A DNA stretch of 64,000 bases from Raillietiella orientalis (lineage: Eukaryota): the NCBI GenBank assembly GCA_036172245.1, contig JAYWIR010000010.1, positions 4,092,001 through 4,156,000 of the forward strand. The letters are read 5' to 3'. The notes under the pieces were generated by a model. The model did no database searches, was not told the DNA's origin, and was given only the letters and a program-made list of their open reading frames with translations. This document shows positions 13,500-25,279 of this stretch, piece after piece (position 1 is the first letter of the stretch; each line of letters starts with the position of its first letter). The position numbers and the translations under genes are program-made.

Positions 13500-14900
13500 T
13501 AATCGATTTTTTAGGTGCTACTCTCTAATTCTCTTATTTATCTACTAATAACAGTGATTGTAAAGAGTGACATAGCTGAAACGGTCTAAACTTGAAACTC
13601 GTGTGAGGTACAACTTGGGACTCACGAATCTTCGGTGGCATCCCTCCAAAGTCAGCCCTGGTGACAGATTTTGATACAAATTAGGGTTCTTCAGGAAAAA
13701 AGAATTAAGATCTCCGTTTATGCTTTCATAGGACGAGGAATGTTCTCGATCAAGTACCCCGTGGTAAACTCTTGGGATTTCCTGATCACATTTACTGGAG
13801 AATGCGTGGAGCTGTCGAGAGGGCCTTCGACGTTACATTTAGAGAAGACTGCTCTGTACAGCCTCCAGTCATCAGGAAGTAAATTAACCCATCAGCAGAT
13901 CATTTCGCACGGAACTTGATCCCTCAAAATGAGACTTTCCTGGAAGCGAGGAATCCACTTGGAACCGAACGATTTCTGAATTATTTTCTTTGAAAATGAG
14001 TTTGGGGAGGGAAACAAAGAGCCCTTTTTTTTTTTGGATTTTTGGAGATAGATGAAAAAGCAATGGGGGGAAGGAGGGTGTCTTTTATCGATCTGAGAAT
14101 GACTCTGATTCTGCACTGAGAACCACTGCATACGAGGAGAAGAGATAATCATCCGCTATTGCCCTAAACACATATACTTTCCGTGATTTGAAACGGGGAC
14201 CTCCTGGAAATGAAATTGTGAATGGCTTCTTTGTTTCCGTTTCCTGAAATTGCCTATCTCTGACCGTAGGTTCGGACGTGCAATCTTCGGGAATATGGAT
14301 CACTGGTTTCACGGAGCCGATCCTTCGTCCTTTTCGTTGGTTTTATCGTAGGATTTGAGGTTTGCCTTGCTGCAAAGCTCACACGGAAGTCGCAGGGATC
14401 CCTTCCGACTTCGCTTATATTTTCTCTCCCAGAAGGATATGTCTCCCCCCTCCCCACACCTCAAGCTCAAGAATCTTCGTCTGAATGAATCAGATATATT
14501 CCCCGCATGTCGATTGCAATCAGCATTCCCCAATCAACGCATCGATTTCTTAACGTGACCACAATCATTTTCAAATCCTAGAAATGATTTCCAACAGGCT
14601 AGGGTTCTTAGATTCTTCAACAGCAGTTTTCGCTGGCAGCGCAAATGACCTTGCTTCTGATTGCAGGCTGCAGGATACTGGAGCATTTCCCGTGAGGCTC
14701 TGTGAGACGAACGTGCATGCAAACGCTGGATGCTGTTTGAGCAGCGGTTTAGATGCTTCGGGAGTTTTTGAATGGAAGCCGAAAAGTCTTATCTGTTACA
14801 AGGAAAAATGCTCACGAGAAACTTACTTATTTGGAGTCCTCCGTACTTTATCGATCAGGGCTATGACCTTACAGTGATGCCTGTCCAATATTACCCAAGG
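13500..14900 (-). mobile_element. Decayed CR1-like LINE RT relic, convergent on the previous one
   Basis: KANLKSY (~14365, cf. K.NPK.F), KSFGSKWIPR (~13970, cf. KSPGPDGIHPR) and LPDDWR (~13880-13862, cf. VPEDWK). Confidence 0.5.
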
Positions 14901-15997
14901 TCACTCCCAAGTTGGCGGCTGGAAATCGGATGACCTTTTTTTTTTTTTTTCGATAAAAATAATCTATGGGCTTGCCTAGACTGAAAACATTCTATGGCTC
15001 GTGCTATTTTCGTCAAGGCAAACAGTATTCAGAATTATTAAACCAAGTCCTTTAGATATTTTTATCGTTTCTGCCGCCACGAAAGCGAAAGTGCAATCTT
15101 TCGATAAGTTTTTTTTTTTTTTTTTCCAATGAGCCCAGTGAGCGCCAACTATTGCATCGCCCACGGTGCTAATTCCATGCTCATCATCAGTGTGACCTGT
15201 CGGAATAACGAGATGTGCAACGAGCGCAGCAACGGTGCTTGAATCAGCTGACCCGTGTGGATCGTGCACATTTAACCTGCGGTCTTCTCATGACGGTACA
15301 GAATCAAAGGAAATGCACAAAGCGACTATGCAGAATTGAGGTTCTCGAAAACACTTGGCTTACCAATCCTGCAAAGTGTGGCATTGGTCGCAAAGTCATC
15401 ATCTGTGTGTCTCCTGTGAAAGAAATAGGCATCAGTTTGAAGATGTATATTTGAAGTTTTTTTTTCTTTCTTTCTTTCTTTCTTTGAATTACATTAAAAT
15501 AAATAATCATACATTGCTACAACAGCATTTCAGACATTTCAGCTGCGAAGCCACACAAAAACGTGGATTTGAATAAATAAATATTTTCACACACAAACAA
15601 AGAATCACAGTTTTTCTCATTCTGGAGGCAGGGAAAATTCCTTCTTTTCTTAATGAGTATTTTCTTCCGTCTGCCTTGCATTTCAGCTGATAGTTAATTT
15701 ACTTACAATCGTTCACGAAACGATTTATTGCCACAATTCCATTGCCTTCGCCTCAGGCGTAATTTCCTCAGTCCGGTTCAGTCGGCGTTGTCGTGACCAG
15801 GAGCTTAAGATGCAGTGCAGAAGCATCGTCCATGCTCTCGGTATCCCAGCAATTTTATTTCGAAAACTCATCTTCAGTGCAGGAAATAAGAAAATTCACT
15901 CCATATTTCACTTTCATTTTGAAACGATCGGGACAAACTCTTTCGACCCCTTTTTTTTTGTTTTGTTTTGTTTTTTCTTCTTCCCCTTTTGTTTCAT

Positions 15998-16519
15998 TTA
16001 ACGATCTTTGGATTCGAAAGATTCTGTATTAACAAATGCAATCGTCTTTTTACACTTTCCAAAGGAATTCAGCTTGTAACCTTCTGGACAACTAATTCTT
16101 CTAACATTGATAATGGAAAACAGTGCCAGAGGGTTTTTCCGCACAGCATCCCTTTTGCTCCTTTTCATCTGCGATTTTCCAAAAACACTCTTTCGAAACT
16201 TATTGCCGTCACCTGAGAATTCAGCCGCCTTGGAAACTGCGTTCGCTCTCGTGGGAACCACGGCTTCTTTCCTCGAAACGCCTCGGAGCACGGGAGATTT
16301 GAAAACGAGTCGCATCACTTGGGAGGACCACTTCTTCTGATCTAATGTCAGATTCCGCTTTCGCGAATTCCTTCTGAACAAAACGAAGAACACTTTGCTC
16401 CTGTCCCTCTTGGTCTGCATGTATTCACGCGTGTAGAAGGAGGAATTAACAAAAACGGTTGTACCAAAATCCTGTATGATAAGCACCAAGTAAACAACTA
16501 GAATGACATGGGATTCCAT
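15998..16519 (-). CDS. Putative secreted peptide precursor (173 aa) with C-terminal two-cysteine GBP/ENF- or secapin-like motif
   Basis: The ATG is at 16519 (acgATGg); the ORF track starts 6 codons earlier on GTG. The protein has a hydrophobic N-terminus (MESHVILVVYLVLIIQDFG), a basic pro-region and a furin-type site (KRSKR), then ..IINVRRISCPEGYKLNSFGKCKK... These are its only two Cys. AATAAA lies on the minus strand at 15724-15729. Confidence 0.6.
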   Translation of the reverse strand: MESHVILVVYLVLIIQDFGTTVFVNSSFYTREYMQTKRDRSKVFFVLFRRNSRKRNLTLDQKKWSSQVMRLVFKSPVLRGVSRKEAVVPTRANAVSKAAEFSGDGNKFRKSVFGKSQMKRSKRDAVRKNPLALFSIINVRRISCPEGYKLNSFGKCKKTIAFVNTESFESKDR

Positions 16520-16851
16520 CGTACACTTTCCTTTCACATAATATGGATGAAATCGAAACTCGTTTCGGAAATTTTGTTTTCGCTTATATATGATCTAATA
16601 ACGAGATAACGGGAAGATAACAGTTGACGAAAAGCCCAGCATGATTTAATAAGCATGCTTTTCGGAGTCATCTTCACGGCATTCCGAAGATAAACAACCT
16701 CAACCATCCGTTCGAGAGGAGACAAATAAATGTGATTTTTATGTGGATAATAATAAATGGATTTTTCATCGCTAGCCAAAAACGCAGCGTTTCATCATTT
16801 ATTTTATTTATTTTTTAAAAAAAAAAAAAAAAAAAAAAAGACTGCAAAATG

Positions 16852-16980
16852 ACTCACTTCCTCCTGGATGTTCATTCTAAGTCTCCAGCTGCAAACGCAG
16901 GACCAGTGTGGAAAAGAATGGAAATTTATGATCTCTGAAGAGTGCACAATTGGATCTTCATGGCACCTCTATATATTTAT
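16852..16980 (-). promoter_or_regulatory. Candidate TATA box and non-coding first exon of the peptide-precursor gene
   Basis: The minus strand reads ataaaTATATAGA at ~16967-16980 and has a consensus donor gaa|GTGAGT at ~16857. Possible acceptors are at ~16772 (ttggctag) or ~16595 (gttattag), upstream of ATG 16519. Confidence 0.3.
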
Positions 16981-18716
16981 GGAATTCTATCAATGAATCC
17001 GCAATTCTTTGCTGGAATTTCTAAATGACAAAGAAATACAATCTGCTGGCGGGAAAAAAAAAATGCCAAATACGATGCTGCACAAATCCATCTTGATTGA
17101 AATGAACCTGGAAAAATGTGAGGAAGATTTCGGCCGTAATTATCACCCCTACGTTTTTTTTTTTTTTTTCCTTTCTGTTTATAGAATGAATGGAACACGA
17201 GACCTGAAAAAGTACTTCAAAAAAATCAAGTATTCTCTTTGCAAGCATGGTGAATTCCTGGAAATCTCTGGCTAGAACGTTTAGAACCAATCAGTTCCTG
17301 CCTCTTCTTCCGGGACTCATAGACGAGGGAAGCTCATCAACTTGGGTGTTGATTTTCGAGAACAGCTGTTTCTAAACAGCGACATTTATCTTTCATCCTT
17401 TCCGATTATCATCGGGCCCACGCAAAAGTGAAGCAACAGCACATAATTGACGTAAAACCACGGCTGAAACAATTCGAAATTTCAGATCTGCTCGAGTCGG
17501 TACTTGTGTGCATCTCTTCAGGAAGCTGGAATAAAACTGACAAATCACCGCGTTAAAACGTGTGGGAGGGAGTGTTGCCAGCAGGAACTTCGGGAAGGGG
17601 ATCGAAAGATTCCGAACATTCGAAAATGCATAATTTGTCCGGGAACAGGCAAGCAGAATCTATTTCACATTCCCTCTGCCGATTCCAAAGTGTTATGGAG
17701 CGGACGGGTCGGACGCATCTCACGAAAACCCAACCGACGCACTGATGCTGAGTTTGTCAGACGGAAAAATGCAGTCTCTCCCAAACCGAGGGAAAATGCA
17801 TCCATAACATGTGTATGCGTACACGTCACATGTACACGCATTCGCAGGTTGCTGATTGGCTCGCACCTGTACAACACCGATCGACCGGGTTCACCGCCGA
17901 TGGCGTTTCGCATGTTTTCCTGAGCCAGGGATTTCAAATCACTCAGTGAGGGTGACTGTTCCAGGCTATCAGATCCCGGGAAATGAATCACGAGGGGACA
18001 CGGAGCTTCTTCCTCTCTGGCTGAACACATCTCTCTCTTTTCTTTTCATATCGGAGTGACTGACAACAAGGTGTTGCAATGTCGTCTCGGGATTTGCATG
18101 TACCAAACCTCCTCCAAGATTGGAACTTCCCATAAATAAGGAAGCAGCTGATTGAAGGGAAAGCCCGCTGATGCTTTGCTTTTGTTTGGTTTGGTTTTGT
18201 TTTTAGATTTCCCTTGGCAAGGAACTACCCCGTGCCAAACTTCATGTGGGTGGGTGCCTCCAAATGAAGAATCATCATTAATGCTCCACAGAATCATTCT
18301 GCATCCTTTCCGCTAAAGCTGGCCTTTGTTTTCATTCTCATTAACAAACATATATATCAAGAGATGGATGTTGCAATACAAGGAGTTGGATCTCTTGAAT
18401 CCCAAATAAAGGAAATGTGCTTTTGTCTCACCTTGAAATTTTCAAAAAGTATCCATCCAAAAATTGCGTACTGTCATCAAGAATGGGGGCGAGGGGAGGG
18501 GGAGTTTTGTCATTACTTCATCCAGGAGTTGGGATCAAAGTGCAAGTGTCGAGATAATGTCAAAAGAATCGTGTATCCTGTACACTTCTTAAAAGTGGTG
18601 ATTATCTGCAAGCAGCTTCAAAAACATAATTAGCACACCAAGTGTAAGAAACGGTCAGGAATCAGGGCAAGCATCCAGTCAAAGAATATCCATACTTAGT
18701 TCATGAGGGACTATAC

Positions 18717-18747
<31 letters not shown>

Positions 18748-18981
18748 TCTTTCATTTAGTTTTTCTTGCATTGAATTTGCATTCTGTTCCTGTGGAGCAA
18801 AACAAGGCATGTTTTATATCTACAGGTACCCAGAAAGAAAAAAACTGCTGTATGCATGTGAGTATGTGTACAATCAAATGGTTCATGTGAATTTTCTTAC
18901 ATGTGAATGAGAGCAGCCAAATTTCTTTGTACGTTCTGCTATAAATATACATACAATAATAGTTTATGCATAGTAACGATA

Positions 18982-19501
18982 AACAATGCATATGGAAGAG
19001 TACCCAAAAATCACAGGCGATATATGATTTATAGGCATAAGATATGTAAGAATATACTTTGTATAAGAAGGTGTGCGTGTACTTTCTTGAGTATTCACCG
19101 ATATGCAAGCATGCATGGACATCTGTATATTGTCTATACATGCATACTGCAAATACACAATAATGAACGTTCATACATGTGCACGCACATAGTATGCTAC
19201 ATGCACATTATTTGTATACAACTTCTATTGCATGCATAAAGATAGATGGATACTCACAGATGGTTTGCGAATTATTTAATAGAGAATAATCGAAAGCGAC
19301 TAAGACATATGAACAGTGCATATGGAATAGCATGTAAAAATCAGAAGCGATATGCGATTTATAGGCATAAGATATATATATGTAAGAATATACTTTGTAT
19401 AAGAAGGTGTGGACGTGCGTGCGTGTGCTTTCTGGCTTATTCCTTTATATACATATGTAAGCATGCATGGGCATCTGTGTATCATCTCTATATGCATATT
19501 G
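18982..19501 (+). repeat. Diverged AT-rich direct repeat, ~170-190 bp x2 (18982-19150, 19312-19501)
   Basis: Shared core gatttataggcataagata...tgtaagaatatactttgtataagaaggtgtg...aagcatgcatgg.catctgt. Confidence 0.85.
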
Positions 19502-19649
19502 ATAAAATACATTTCTGAGTTTTTTTTTTTTTTGAAGCAGAAAATCCTAGAGATGAAAAGTTAATTATATTGTATTAATTAACATCACATTAATTAATCG
19601 ATGCGCTCAGTATGGATCCACGAATTGAGAGATAGGGAAATGGATGAAA

Positions 19650-20600
19650 CCAGGAAGTAGAATTGTCAAGGACTGCTACGAAGGAAGACCCCGTCTTCCG
19701 GTTCCGTTTGATGGAACAGGAAAGTTTCGTTCCTAACCGCCGCCAATTTGCATCTAGAACATCTAGAATTCCGTTTTAGAGGCAGCTTCCGCAAGTTGGG
19801 AGGTGGAACTTTCATTTTAGCTCCCAGTTTATACTTCAGCTATTCCAAGACCTCCAAAACCTCCAGCGAGCGTGTCGTTCACGAATCTGACTTTTCTATC
19901 TGCCCCGTTTCGGGACTCCTGCTCTCCCTCCGCTCTCAGTCCAAGAAAACTGGTACACGCATGGTACACATTCATTGAGTCAGGTCATTGAGCATCAGAT
20001 CGACCTGCGTTCGATTTTGCCCTTTGCGATTTCGATGCTGGAAGTTGCTTTCGTGCACCAAGTCTGCCCTAAGGGAATTTCTCTTATGAGCAAACGTTTG
20101 CATTCCACCCAAGCCTACGTTCAGCAGAGTACAGTGTACAGTACAATGTCTCGTGCACCCTGCACCCTGCACCTTTGCGGCCAATCTAACAAAAAGGAAC
20201 GAGGAATCTTTGCCAAACCACTGAGGGAGAGTGTGGATTGTCTCATCTGAAGCCAGTCATTCAAGAAAACTGACCCCTTTTATTTTTCATCAGTGAGTCC
20301 CGGTAAACTTCAGACCTGGAAGTCTCGGCCGCTCTCTTGAAAGATGTCCACGTGTTCCGATCACTTTCCAGCGATCGACTGCTAGTGGAAAAGCTGCAAA
20401 TCTCGCTCCAGAGATCTGTACATCCCAAAAGCTCCTAAAAAAAAAAAAAAACTGCTTCTCAAAGGAAGCAGCAAAACCCTCAAAGAGATGTCGGATTATG
20501 CTGCATCGAGTAAGAGCCCGTCTCTCTGATTCTAAGATCATTTTTGCAAAAAAACACGGAGCGTGAAGTAAAGCAGCTCACTTTGTGATTCATTGCAAGA
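19650..20600 (-). mobile_element. Decayed CR1/L2-like LINE RT relic
   Basis: DRWK..FKR....VYRDSL (~20375-20292, cf. WK.A...FKKG...NYRPISL) and GVPKRG (~19919, cf. GVPQG). Confidence 0.45.
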
Positions 20601-20704
20601 ACATGCGGCAGAGTTGTCAAAGTGACAAAGATTGGTTCCCAACAGAGTATTCATATTTCAGCAAATGAGTCAGTGTTTTCCAACATGCAGGGCGCAGACG
20701 TTCA

Positions 20705-20783
20705 TAAGTGTTTGGGGTCCAAAAGGCGACACTTTCGTAAGTGTTTGGGGTCCATGGGCGACACTTTCGTAAGTGTCGCCCAT
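20705..20783. repeat. ~33-bp tandem repeat ending in a 13-bp-stem hairpin
   Basis: taagtgtttggggtcca..ggcgacactttcg occurs twice. The hairpin ATGGGCGACACTT-TCGT-AAGTGTCGCCCAT lies at 20754-20783. Confidence 0.85.
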
Positions 20784-22049
20784 ACGTTCAAGAAAAGGCA
20801 AGTTTCTGTCAAGGCGCTCCCTTACTAGCGAGGCTGGGAGCGTTGAGAATACCTTTACCATCCTTTGCAGACACATCTGTCCTGCATTCACCTGCTCGAA
20901 AAAAATCCGCGGCTTTTTTCAAGGCCTCAAAGGGAGGGATCAACTCACCTGAAAGCCAAGAGAGTGGTGCGAAAAATTGGAGGAGCAAAGTGTGGTAACC
21001 TTTAAATGTGTGACATCAGTTGCACTCGTTTACTGAATGCCCATGGGCACCAACAGGAGGAAAGACCGCAAAGCCAAGAGAATGGGTGGGAAGCCTACGT
21101 TATGTGGGTGCTCAAGACACAGCTTCCACCAACTATGTGATTCGTCTGCAGCTGATCCACGCAGCACCTTCTGGTTTGCACAGAACTTCAGCGTCCTCAG
21201 TGGATTGCAATGAACAATCTTATATGCTGGGTATCTCCTGAACGAAGGACCTCAAGGCTTCTTGCCTCGGACTCCTCCCTCGAGTCTTTTCCTCTCCCTT
21301 CGAACCAGTTCAGCATCCTATTCTCGGTAGACTTTGTGTTTCACTGAATGCTCCACTTTGCATCATTCGACAAGTTACTCCCCCTCCCCCCGCCTGTTCC
21401 GTTGCTCACCCCAAAAATTTTGCGGTCCCCAAAGTGCTTCGGAATGAAAGAGAAACGAGGACTGATTACGCTGGCTGAAAGAGACAAAAACGCTTTCTCC
21501 TCTGTAGCATAGGAAAGGCCCGTGCCGATCCCTGTGCCCGAGTGCAGCCTTCTAGAGGACGGTTTTTCCCTCGTAACAGAAAGCGGACGAATTAGAATTA
21601 GTACTCTGCAAAGATCTGCATCTTCATCTCCTCTCCCCCCCCCCCATCCGTTCCTGCGAGAAATGCAACCGATAATTGATGGATGCTTTCTCCAATTTAG
21701 CAGCTGTGTAGTTGTTCTGCGCAGAGCACACTGCCTCTTCACTGTCAGGGAACAACACTTCTTTCACGATTCGGGACTCTGTGAAAACGAGAGCTTCTCT
21801 TCGGCTCCTGAGTCGTCGAAAGTGATCGAAACTTTCTTTCTGTGCTCTCGACTGCCATCACTAACGCGTCAAGGAAAGGTCGAACCCAGAATTCATCAGC
21901 GGACCAGCATCCTGAAAGATGCTGGTCCACTGTTGCAACCTTTTGAATCGTTCGAATCGCGTCCCTAACCCGTTCTCGATAATCTCGATTCCTCTGGAAA
22001 TCCTGTGTTCCTCCGACGCTCTCGGTGGCAGCACTCGGTGCTCCTCAAC

Positions 22050-25000
22050 CTGCATGCTGCTGATCGTCACGTACAATCACGTACACCTCCTTGCCCCTTT
22101 TTTTTTGCTTCGTTAAGTGCCTCTAGCATTCTACTCTCCTCTAGCACCTTCGCGCGCGCCCAATCCATCCCGGCTGCTTATCATAGTAGCAGACTTCGCA
22201 ACAGTTTCCTCCCGAAGGAGTTCCGTAGAAATCACCTCGCGTTTGACGTCACCAGGAAGGCGGTGACGAAAGATGGCAGATTTTCTAGGATGTGAATGCG
22301 GAACTCCGCTCGTACTTGAACTTTGTCCCCAATTACCATGCCCTTTTTTTCCCCTCGCATGGAATGTCAGAAAGAGCGATCGCTATTTTTCGACGGCTTC
22401 GTAGAGCCAGATGGAGGCGTGCGTTCGTCTTCCAGCCTCTCAGATAGGCCGCACAGCCCATGCGGTCCTTTCCTTAGGACGCGAGGTGACCGTGGAGTTG
22501 ATTCGCATGGCATCAGAGAGTTTTCGTCTGCGTTGACGGTACGATCGCTCGACCCTCCCTGATGCGCCTCGCTTTTGCGCGGCATTTGCGCTCTCCACGT
22601 GTTCCCACCAAATCTTCGAGTCCGTGTCCATCGTGGCAGGAGCTGCAGTGCTCCGTCAACAACGTCGTTCCCTATTCACCTGAACTCGGCATCGCGAATG
22701 ATGTAGAGAAAAGTGCCTTGGGGGTGCTGCATGCATGTGCTACACTCGCCGAGCCACGAGAAGACTGCAGCACTCTCCCACTGATTGCAATGCCAATGCC
22801 TGAGGTCTATACTCTTTTTCCATACTCTTTGGAACAAAGCAGAATGGAGTCCTTCCACGAGTTACTTTACCGACGGAAATGAGAAAACAGGGTTACGATG
22901 GCTGACCTGGGTGATGAAGCACTCGTGTGAACTTGACTCCCTCAACGCAGGCGCAGACGAAAAACAAACATGACTGGATCCAGCTCCTCGGCAGAGCAAC
23001 CCAACCGAACATGATTCCTCTCTCCTCCCCTTTGGAGCTTCATGAGCTAAGAAATTCCCACCCCAACGTTGGGCACGTGAATTCTGGGGGTTCCGATCAA
23101 ATTCCTGGTGACTGGAAACCGAGTCCAAGACTCTCGCAAACCTAGATGGTTGGGTGTCGTTCCCGTGTCCCACAATTCGATGCTGGATGTGGGGCAGCTC
23201 CAACGAGAAAATATGTAGCAAGCGGTCTTCTAGCTCCTCTCCTCTCAGAAGCTTCTCTTCCTGCCTCGTTGGACCGGCGGCAACCCCGTTCCAGAATACA
23301 ACACAGCACGACGAATTGCTTGTCCTGAGAAGTAAATGGTCGTGCCTCCACCATGTGAAGATCGGTGCGGTCTTTCTCCTCTGACACTGAGTTTCCGCTC
23401 TCAGAGAACCGAAACTATGGTTGGCGTACGCACAGAAAAAAAAAAAAAGTCTTTTTTCATTCGGATTCAGCACACCTTGAGTTACCACCATGATGCTCGA
23501 GATCCAAGATGCTCTCCGCGAAGGAGAAGACACCACCAGGCTCGAGCTGAACACCTGAAAGCCTCAGCTGCTCTGTCCGAGAAGCAACGCCGGCTTCTTC
23601 CGTTTCCGACAAGAGGCAATCACAGCCTACTCTGAGGAACTTCGCCTCGGGCGCCCCTGAAACGCGCGCAGGCAATCACGATCCTCGCCCTGCGAGACGA
23701 AGGATTCGCTCGAGTGGACCACCTTTATCCGCAAGGTGAGCAGCCACGAAATGAGAAGACAAGGGTGGAAAGCAGCAGCTCGTCGAACGAATTCGCCCAG
23801 GAGTGGGGAGATCTGCAGCCGCTCCCGGCCCATCGTCAGAGGACTTTCTTGAAAGCTGAAGCTCGGACTGCAGGATACACGAGCGCCCGGCGGGCCAATT
23901 TTCGTAAGAAGAATCGGCGCTGTGGCATGAAGCAAACGTTGGGTTACGGTGCCCGATGCGACGCTCATCAGATCCAATGAAAGGTGCACAGCAGGACGGT
24001 GGCCGTGGAAGTCGGAATCCGCTCAGGAGTGTGTGACGACTCACCTGCCGAAGCAACCGGCCCTGAAGATGGATGGCTCTCGAGCGTCCAGCCTGCGCCC
24101 AACAGCCGGCACAGAACCGTTCCTGCCTTCCGGCACACCGCTGCTGGAGGACGCAAGGTTCCTCAGGTTCCGGCGAGTAGGACGGTCACGGCGGTGCTCG
24201 CAGAAGGAGGGTTTGGGCGCGAGCTCGCCTGTAGCCGCCGTCGGCACAGATCTTGGCGGTAGTAGCAAACAATCCGGTGAGATCTTGGAGGTCTGATGTG
24301 GACAAGGGTTCCATGCGAACAGTCTTTGGGCACGGTCCCCAGTCGATCCCAAGTCCCCGCAGAAATGGTTACTGAGTAAGCAACAGTTTGGGCAGCTCGT
24401 CGCCCCTCAGCCTGCTGCTTCCTTAGCTTTCCTGTCCTCCGTCTCGCGAGGGCTGACCGCTGGGGTTTTCCGGCTTAATCTGATTGTTAATCCCTCGTGT
24501 GGCGTGGACTGCATAGACGTCGCTGGAGCATCGGTTGCAGGAAGCCACCATCCGGTCCCTCATCCTCTCTGAGTCTGCCCTCAGGGCAAACAATGACGGA
24601 GTGGGAGCTGTCCTGCAACATTGCAGGAGTCGAAAAACTTCTGAACGGTTGCAAGACGTGCGAGTTGGTGAACGCTGTCACCCCTCGTTTCCAGGCAAAG
24701 GGACTCCTTCGGTGGAGTGATCTGCTTGGTGCACCCCCCGAAGAACTCGTGGTTCCTTCCCTTTGAGTGGACACCTCCATGTTCCCTCTCCGGTGAAAAC
24801 AGGGTGTTCTGCTGTTTCTACACTGGGGATTCCAGTGCATTCAGTGCAGACACCTGCTTTCCGGGGGAGTTGTCTCCCCTAACTGTTCCTCGTGCGGGCG
24901 ATGGAACTTCTCCCAAATCTCCTGTTGGGCTGCAGTGCCCTGGAGGACTTGTGGCAGAGACTCACTGGGACACTCCGTAGACCGCAGGACACCGCAAAGG

Positions 25001-25270
25001 ACTTGCTACGACGATTTTTCACAGAAAGGAAGGAAATTCTCGGAGCAAAGACCCCTATCCCCACACACCCATGTTTTTTTTATTTCTTTATTGTTCCCTC
25101 CCTCCGTTCCCTAGTTTTTGGGAGCCGACTTGCGCGCCGGTGGTTATTCCGGGTAAACTTCTTTTCTTTTTTTTTTGGCGTTTCGTATTTCTGGTGGATA
25201 CCTTCTTCCTCTCCTTCTTGTAGTTTATTTTGTTCCCGTTTCAAAATGAACCGGAGTGTCCCGGAGCAAC
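22050..25270 (-). mobile_element. Degenerate R2-superfamily retrotransposon A (5' module, RT, CCHC/RLE remnants)
   Basis: 5' UTR/ZF/Myb-like module at 24490-25270. SLDLMSVASGTV, LQISPLL and HLADK (RT motif-like) at 23990-23720. MRINSTVT..R and GLCGLSERL (linker/CCHC-like) at 22510-22430. Confidence 0.7.
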
Positions 25271-25279
25271 CGGATTTAA

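Noticed and set aside
14890..14899. SL1-like ATTACCCAAG as a NeSL target
   Set aside because: Only 10 nt match, with no rest of an SL RNA gene.
20705..20783. CRISPR-like repeat
   Set aside because: The units abut with no unique spacers, there are no cas genes, and the context is eukaryotic.
24670..24720. RNase H-like GVPLPGNE (also ~29960-29980)
   Set aside because: It lies in the N-terminal ZF/Myb region, and no other RNase H motifs are present.
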